From NCBI GenBank assembly GCA_041691135.1, contig JBEPVF010000007.1, forward strand, positions 1-64,000: DNA of 64,000 nucleotides, read 5' to 3'. How positions within the stretch are numbered: the stretch's first letter is position 1; each line of letters begins with the position of its first letter. Positions 59,809-64,000 of the stretch are shown in pieces. Position numbers and translations under genes: made by a program. Origin of the DNA: Candidatus Peribacteria bacterium (lineage in GTDB: Bacteria > Patescibacteriota > Gracilibacteria > Peribacterales > Peribacteraceae). The notes beneath the pieces were generated by a model, which was not told the DNA's origin, did not search any database, and was given only the letters and a program-made list of their open reading frames with translations.

Positions 59809-60894
59809 ATGACTTTCAAAATTTTCGTCGTACTCTTGCTCGTTCTTAGTGCGGAATTTATCAATGGATACACTGATGCTCCGAATGCAACAGCCACCGC
59901 TGTTGCCACCGGGCTTCTCTCACGAAAACATGCACTCTGGTGGGCTGCTATTTCGAACTTGCTCGGTTTGTTTCCTTCCCTCATCTTCGGTGCCGCTGTT
60001 GCGAACACCGTCGGCAAAGGGATTATCGATCCTGCAGCTGTGAATTTGGATCTCATTGCAGCAGCCATGTGCGGCGTGATCATATGGGGAAGAATCGCCT
60101 CGCTCGTCGGTCTTCCTGTCAGCAAGTCTCATGCACTCTTTGCAGCCCTTGCCGGCGCTGCCTATATTGGCGGTGGCATGCACGCACTTTTGGCTTCGGG
60201 GTGGACAAAGATTGGAGAGGGCGTCATTATCTCGATCTTCTTGGCGTCATCGTTCTCGTGGCTACTCGGTCGTTCCATAATAGAACTACAGAAGTACAAA
60301 CACATACCCGACTCCTCATGGCGGCGCATGCAGCTTGTTACGCTCACGCTGGTTGCAGGCATGCACGGCTGGAATGACGGTCTCAAGTTCGTTGGTGTCT
60401 TCTCCTTAGTGCTGTTACTGGGCGGTGTGACGTCCAGCTTTGTGGTGACGCCGCAGATCATTCTTATCTGTGCCATGGTAATGGGCGCAGGAACTCTCTG
60501 CGGAGGTTGGCGTATCGTCGCTCGTATCAAGAAGATGACACATAATGATTGCAAACCATGGCAGGGAGTGACGGCTGAAACAATTTCTGCGCTGTGCATC
60601 GGAGTCTCCGCGTTTGGCGGCGTACCGATGAGCACGACACATACCGTCGTCTCTTCCATCGCCGGAGCAATGGCTTCTCGAAGCGTGAAAAACGTACACT
60701 GGCAAACCGCTCTGCTCATTGGTTGGGGCTGGCTGCTTACCATCGTATTCTGCAGTATTGGAACCGGAGTGATTGCGATGATCGGATGGAAAATCGTGGC
60801 TGTCCTTTACTTCATCTGCGAAATCGTCATCCAATGGCTGGAAAGCAAGGCACGCAAAGCAGTGCCCGAAGCAACAAGTATACTTGCGTACTAG
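59809..60894 (+). CDS. Inorganic phosphate transporter (PiT family)
   Basis: NGYTDAPNA, GLPVSKSHA, HGWND, GGWRI, PMSTTH. Confidence 0.92.
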   Translation: MTFKIFVVLLLVLSAEFINGYTDAPNATATAVATGLLSRKHALWWAAISNLLGLFPSLIFGAAVANTVGKGIIDPAAVNLDLIAAAMCGVIIWGRIASLVGLPVSKSHALFAALAGAAYIGGGMHALLASGWTKIGEGVIISIFLASSFSWLLGRSIIELQKYKHIPDSSWRRMQLVTLTLVAGMHGWNDGLKFVGVFSLVLLLGGVTSSFVVTPQIILICAMVMGAGTLCGGWRIVARIKKMTHNDCKPWQGVTAETISALCIGVSAFGGVPMSTTHTVVSSIAGAMASRSVKNVHWQTALLIGWGWLLTIVFCSIGTGVIAMIGWKIVAVLYFICEIVIQWLESKARKAVPEATSILAY

Positions 60895-60965
60895 CGATAC
60901 ACTACCCGCAAGACGATAAATATATATTGACAAACGATAAGCACTAAAATTAAGATGGAATCACT

Positions 60966-61445
60966 ATGAAAAGAAGCTCAACCATATTTCTCCAGATCGT
61001 CATCGTTCTCCTCGGCATTGGTGCTCTTGCTCTGCTGCTTTGGGAGCCTCAAATCGAGGGCGTGAATGCGCATGCTACGAACTTTAAGATTTACTTCCAA
61101 GATCCCTTTATAGCGCTTGCATACATAGGATCTATTCCTTTTTTCGCAGCACTCTATCAGGCATTCAAGGTATTGGGATATGCCGGACACGATAAGATAT
61201 TCTCAAAAGAGGCGGTTAAAGCTCTGCGGACTATAAAGTATTGCGCAATAGCCATCGTTGGTTTTGTTGTGGCGGAAGAAATTTTTATTATGTCGGCCAA
61301 TAGTAGTGATGATCGTGCCGGCGGAGTTTTTATGGGCATCCTCATTACCTTCGGCTCGATCGTTATCGCCACAGCGGCCGCGATGTTTGAACGGATTTTG
61401 CAAAATGCCGTCGAGATGAAGTCCGAAAACGATTTAACGGTTTAA
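60966..61445 (+). CDS. DUF2975 family membrane protein
   Basis: FS…VKALRTIKYCA, LQNAVEMKSENDLTV. Confidence 0.9.
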   Translation: MKRSSTIFLQIVIVLLGIGALALLLWEPQIEGVNAHATNFKIYFQDPFIALAYIGSIPFFAALYQAFKVLGYAGHDKIFSKEAVKALRTIKYCAIAIVGFVVAEEIFIMSANSSDDRAGGVFMGILITFGSIVIATAAAMFERILQNAVEMKSENDLTV

Positions 61446-61449
61446 TACT

Positions 61450-61650
61450 ATGGCAATTATCATCAACATCGATGTCATGCTGGCAAAAAGAAAAATGAGC
61501 GTCACTGAACTTGCGGAGAAAGTTGGGATTACGATGGCTAATATTTCTGTGTTGAAAAACGGAAAGGCAAAAGCAATCCGCTTCTCTACACTAGAAGCCA
61601 TCTGCAAAGCTTTGGAGTGTCAGCCTGGTGATATTTTGGAATATAGATAG
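61450..61650 (+). CDS. XRE family HTH regulator (YozG-like)
   Basis: MAIIINIDVMLAKRKMS…KAIRFSTL…CQPGDILEY. Confidence 0.95.
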   Translation: MAIIINIDVMLAKRKMSVTELAEKVGITMANISVLKNGKAKAIRFSTLEAICKALECQPGDILEYR

Positions 61651-62081
61651 GACTGGTTTCCGTTCACGAAGTATTGGCAGAACGACGGGGTCTGACACCA
61701 AAAAAGTTGAGTCCCAGACAAGGTTTTTGAGGGGGTCATTTTGAGTACTCGAAGGCCAAAGGGTCTGTGGGTCAAATGAGACAAATGAGACAGTACAATA
61801 GGGGGTGTCTCATACTGGACAATATGACTTATTTTGGCTTATATAAGGCATTTATAAGCAACTATTGACTCAGGATACTTTTTGTAATCTGCCATCCCAT
61901 TTTTCCAAGTCGCGGACCAATTGTGCAGAATGTGGGTCTCTACTTATCGGCGTTTGCATGAAATATATCGACAGAGGATGAGCGTTTTTTCTCAGAAAAA
62001 AATTCCTAATATATTATTAAGAAACTATTTCATATAAAAGAGAATGGTTCCCAACCACGTTTGAATTGTGTTAAAGTCATT

Positions 62082-62110
62082 GACTATATATCCGTTACGG
62101 ATATATAGTC
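62082..62110. promoter_or_regulatory. Perfect palindromic operator overlapping the PadR promoter
   Basis: GACTATATATCCGT-T-ACGGATATATAGTC spanning TTGACT and TATAGT. Confidence 0.8.
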
Positions 62111-62115
62111 TGAAC

Positions 62116-62448
62116 ATGCTCCATCCCGATCCTACCGTTCCCCTCACTCCCGCCGTCTTTCATATCCTTTTGGCATTGCTGCCGTGTGAACGGCATGGAT
62201 ATGACATTATGCAGCAGGTGAAAACGGACTCTGAAGACACCGTGACCATGGGGCCGGGTACACTCTATGGCTCTATTGACCGCATGATTGATGCGGAATT
62301 GGTGGAAGTGACACCTCATCGTCCCGAACATCGGCGAAGGATCTATTACAAGCTCACACAAAAAGGAAGGTCTACGCTGAACGCGGAAATACAGCGCCTT
62401 GAGAACGCCGTACACGTCGCTCGTAAACGCAATACCCAGCCCGCTTAG
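62116..62448 (+). CDS. PadR family transcriptional regulator
   Basis: FHILLAL, HGYDIM, GPGTLYG, RRIYYKLT.KG. Confidence 0.93.
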   Translation: MLHPDPTVPLTPAVFHILLALLPCERHGYDIMQQVKTDSEDTVTMGPGTLYGSIDRMIDAELVEVTPHRPEHRRRIYYKLTQKGRSTLNAEIQRLENAVHVARKRNTQPA

Positions 62449-62450
62449 TT

Positions 62451-62927
62451 ATGGAACACATCGGGAACTCCATCGGCTTTTCGCACCGACTGTACATATT
62501 ATTGCTCCGGCTGTATCCGAGTTCGTACCGTAAGCGACACGGTGACGAGATGATTCAGATATTTGAAGACCTGGAACGGGAAAACGACTCTTCAGTTGCC
62601 CTGTGGCTCTTTCTTTTGAAAGACCTTTGTATCAGCTTACCTCTTCAATATATGGAATATTTTAAGCGCTCTAAAAAACTCCAATTATCCATTCCGGCCG
62701 TGCTCATAGCCATATTAGGGTTAGGATCGTATCAGGTGCTTACGCTTAATAAAGCTCATAGTACATTCACCAACTATGCCGCTTTTCGAGGGTGTACGCA
62801 GATAGTCAGCCGTAATACGACATCGGGAACGTGTAAAACAGCCGATGGCAACACGGTGAATATCGTAAATTTTAAAGACAAATGGTATCTGGCTGGCGAC
62901 TTGCCATGTGGTTTTCTATGTTTTTAA
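62451..62927 (+). CDS. PadR-associated membrane protein
   Basis: LY.LLLRLYP..YR..HGDEM…F motif; single TM; small Cys-containing outer domain. Confidence 0.75.
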   Translation: MEHIGNSIGFSHRLYILLLRLYPSSYRKRHGDEMIQIFEDLERENDSSVALWLFLLKDLCISLPLQYMEYFKRSKKLQLSIPAVLIAILGLGSYQVLTLNKAHSTFTNYAAFRGCTQIVSRNTTSGTCKTADGNTVNIVNFKDKWYLAGDLPCGFLCF

Positions 62928-62971
62928 GTTAACTAATGGGAGTCTGCGGCAATGGTATATCTCTGAATCCA

Positions 62972-63415
62972 TCACACGTCAGCAGCCGGTTTCGATGCGA
63001 CCAATCCTGCCGCGCTCATCAACTGCATAAGGTCGTTCGGATTGGCATAGAAGCAAATCACGGGCTTGTCTTTCATAGAAAGGATATAGGTTGCTTGCTG
63101 GCGTACTTCAACGGGTTTCCTATCTTTGTGAAACAGCATCGTGACCTGCGCTTTCACAAGGGTATAAAAATCATCCAAGGCTACTTCCTCCACCGGTACT
63201 GTTTCTGAAGACTGTAAACCGAATGTATTGAACATCTCTTTTTGCTTTGTGACGGCAGCTGCGAAGTGCTCTTTTTTGATGACCTGTGTCCCTTTCGCAT
63301 TGGCATACAGGAAACTCTCTGTGAACTCCGACAGAATGACTGGCAGGTCCAAGGCATTGCTGGCACGTGTGAACTCTGTAAAAAATTTCTGGACTGCGGG
63401 AGTGATGCTAATCAT
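62972..63415 (-). CDS. NTF2-like (SnoaL/DUF4440-like) protein
   Basis: 147 aa with a helix-then-beta pattern typical of the NTF2 fold; weak call. Confidence 0.6.
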   Translation of the reverse strand: MISITPAVQKFFTEFTRASNALDLPVILSEFTESFLYANAKGTQVIKKEHFAAAVTKQKEMFNTFGLQSSETVPVEEVALDDFYTLVKAQVTMLFHKDRKPVEVRQQATYILSMKDKPVICFYANPNDLMQLMSAAGLVASKPAADV

Positions 63416-63616
63416 AGTGTTATGATATATCCGAAATATAATAATTTGTACACTCCATCGATATCACAATCGGTAGTGGATAGAGCGGCTGCTTTCTTAC
63501 ACGTTTCGTTTGCATAAATTGCAGAGTACAGTTGGGAATTATGAACCTTACGGCAACTGGACACTCGCCATTTTCTCACTTTGCAAGGCTGTTTATGAAA
63601 AATCCACACTAGCAAC

Positions 63617-64000
63617 ATGAAAAATATTTCACGAATCCTGTTTTGCATCATCATTGCTAACTATCTGGCTCAGATTGTTTATGCACAGCACGTCTATCAT
63701 AACGTAATAGGGAAAAATCTGAGTGGCTTGCTTTTATTGGGTGCCACATTTTTCCTGTTCATTATTCCCTATTTTCTTCTTCAAAAAGGCATACGAGGCG
63801 GGTATGTCGGCATGATCTTCTTCTTGAGCGCCGAATTTTTGTTCTACTTCATGAATCTTATTTTTTCAATGATTCACGGCTATCCGCCGTTCTTCCAATT
63901 GGCAAATCCTGACCGGATTCTTTTCATGGTTTTCCTCATTGGCTATATCAATCTTTTTGCTTCTGCTTATTATCTCTATTACCTGCTCAAAAATAGAAAA
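63617..64000 (+). CDS. Hypothetical multi-pass membrane protein (runs off the window)
   Basis: MKNISRILFCIIIANYLAQIVY… open to the window end; CACACT 6 nt before ATG. Confidence 0.7.
   Translation, partial: MKNISRILFCIIIANYLAQIVYAQHVYHNVIGKNLSGLLLLGATFFLFIIPYFLLQKGIRGGYVGMIFFLSAEFLFYFMNLIFSMIHGYPPFFQLANPDRILFMVFLIGYINLFASAYYLYYLLKNRK

Noticed and set aside
59603-59812. 69-aa ORF upstream of the PiT gene
   Set aside because: Short, no motif, and the PiT gene has its own -10 box; could be real but is unsupported
1-64000. Alternative genetic code 25 (TGA=Gly) as in Gracilibacteria
   Set aside because: guaA, trmD, nth and folE end at TGA at the expected positions, and conserved genes have no internal TGA

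Overview
Bacterial chromosome segment in genetic code 11, with moderately high GC and AT-richer orphan genes interspersed. Gene content and style suggest a Patescibacteria/CPR organism, probably Ca. Peribacteria/Peregrinibacteria (inference). It carries housekeeping genes (trmD, mutM, gpmA, wecB, guaA, efp, gatB, def, nth, glnA, thyA, folA, folE, folB, folK, secD, rlmD, rlmH), a fermentative module (2-oxoacid oxidoreductase, flavodoxin, ADP-forming acyl-CoA synthetase) and surface-glycan genes. I recognised no rRNA, tRNA, CRISPR array or transposase. Most notable: (1) an operon of four paralogous unknown proteins (32215-33835) built from five copies of an HPVTG...HWKFDPxTG domain with a hypervariable middle, behind a switch-like leader; (2) core genes look leaderless (TAnnnT 6-9 nt before ATG, no SD), while a separate class of small self-contained cassettes has SD sites, structured leaders and its own terminators; (3) several genes resemble Planctomycetota proteins (HTH-REC regulator, LEPR-XLL-type peptide, ECF sigma), hinting at host-derived genes; (4) a four-copy modular repeat whose 13-bp stem changes sequence between copies with complete compensation; (5) a MITE-like inverted pair, plus a 7-mer tandem at the folB/folK junction whose removal restores an in-frame fusion.
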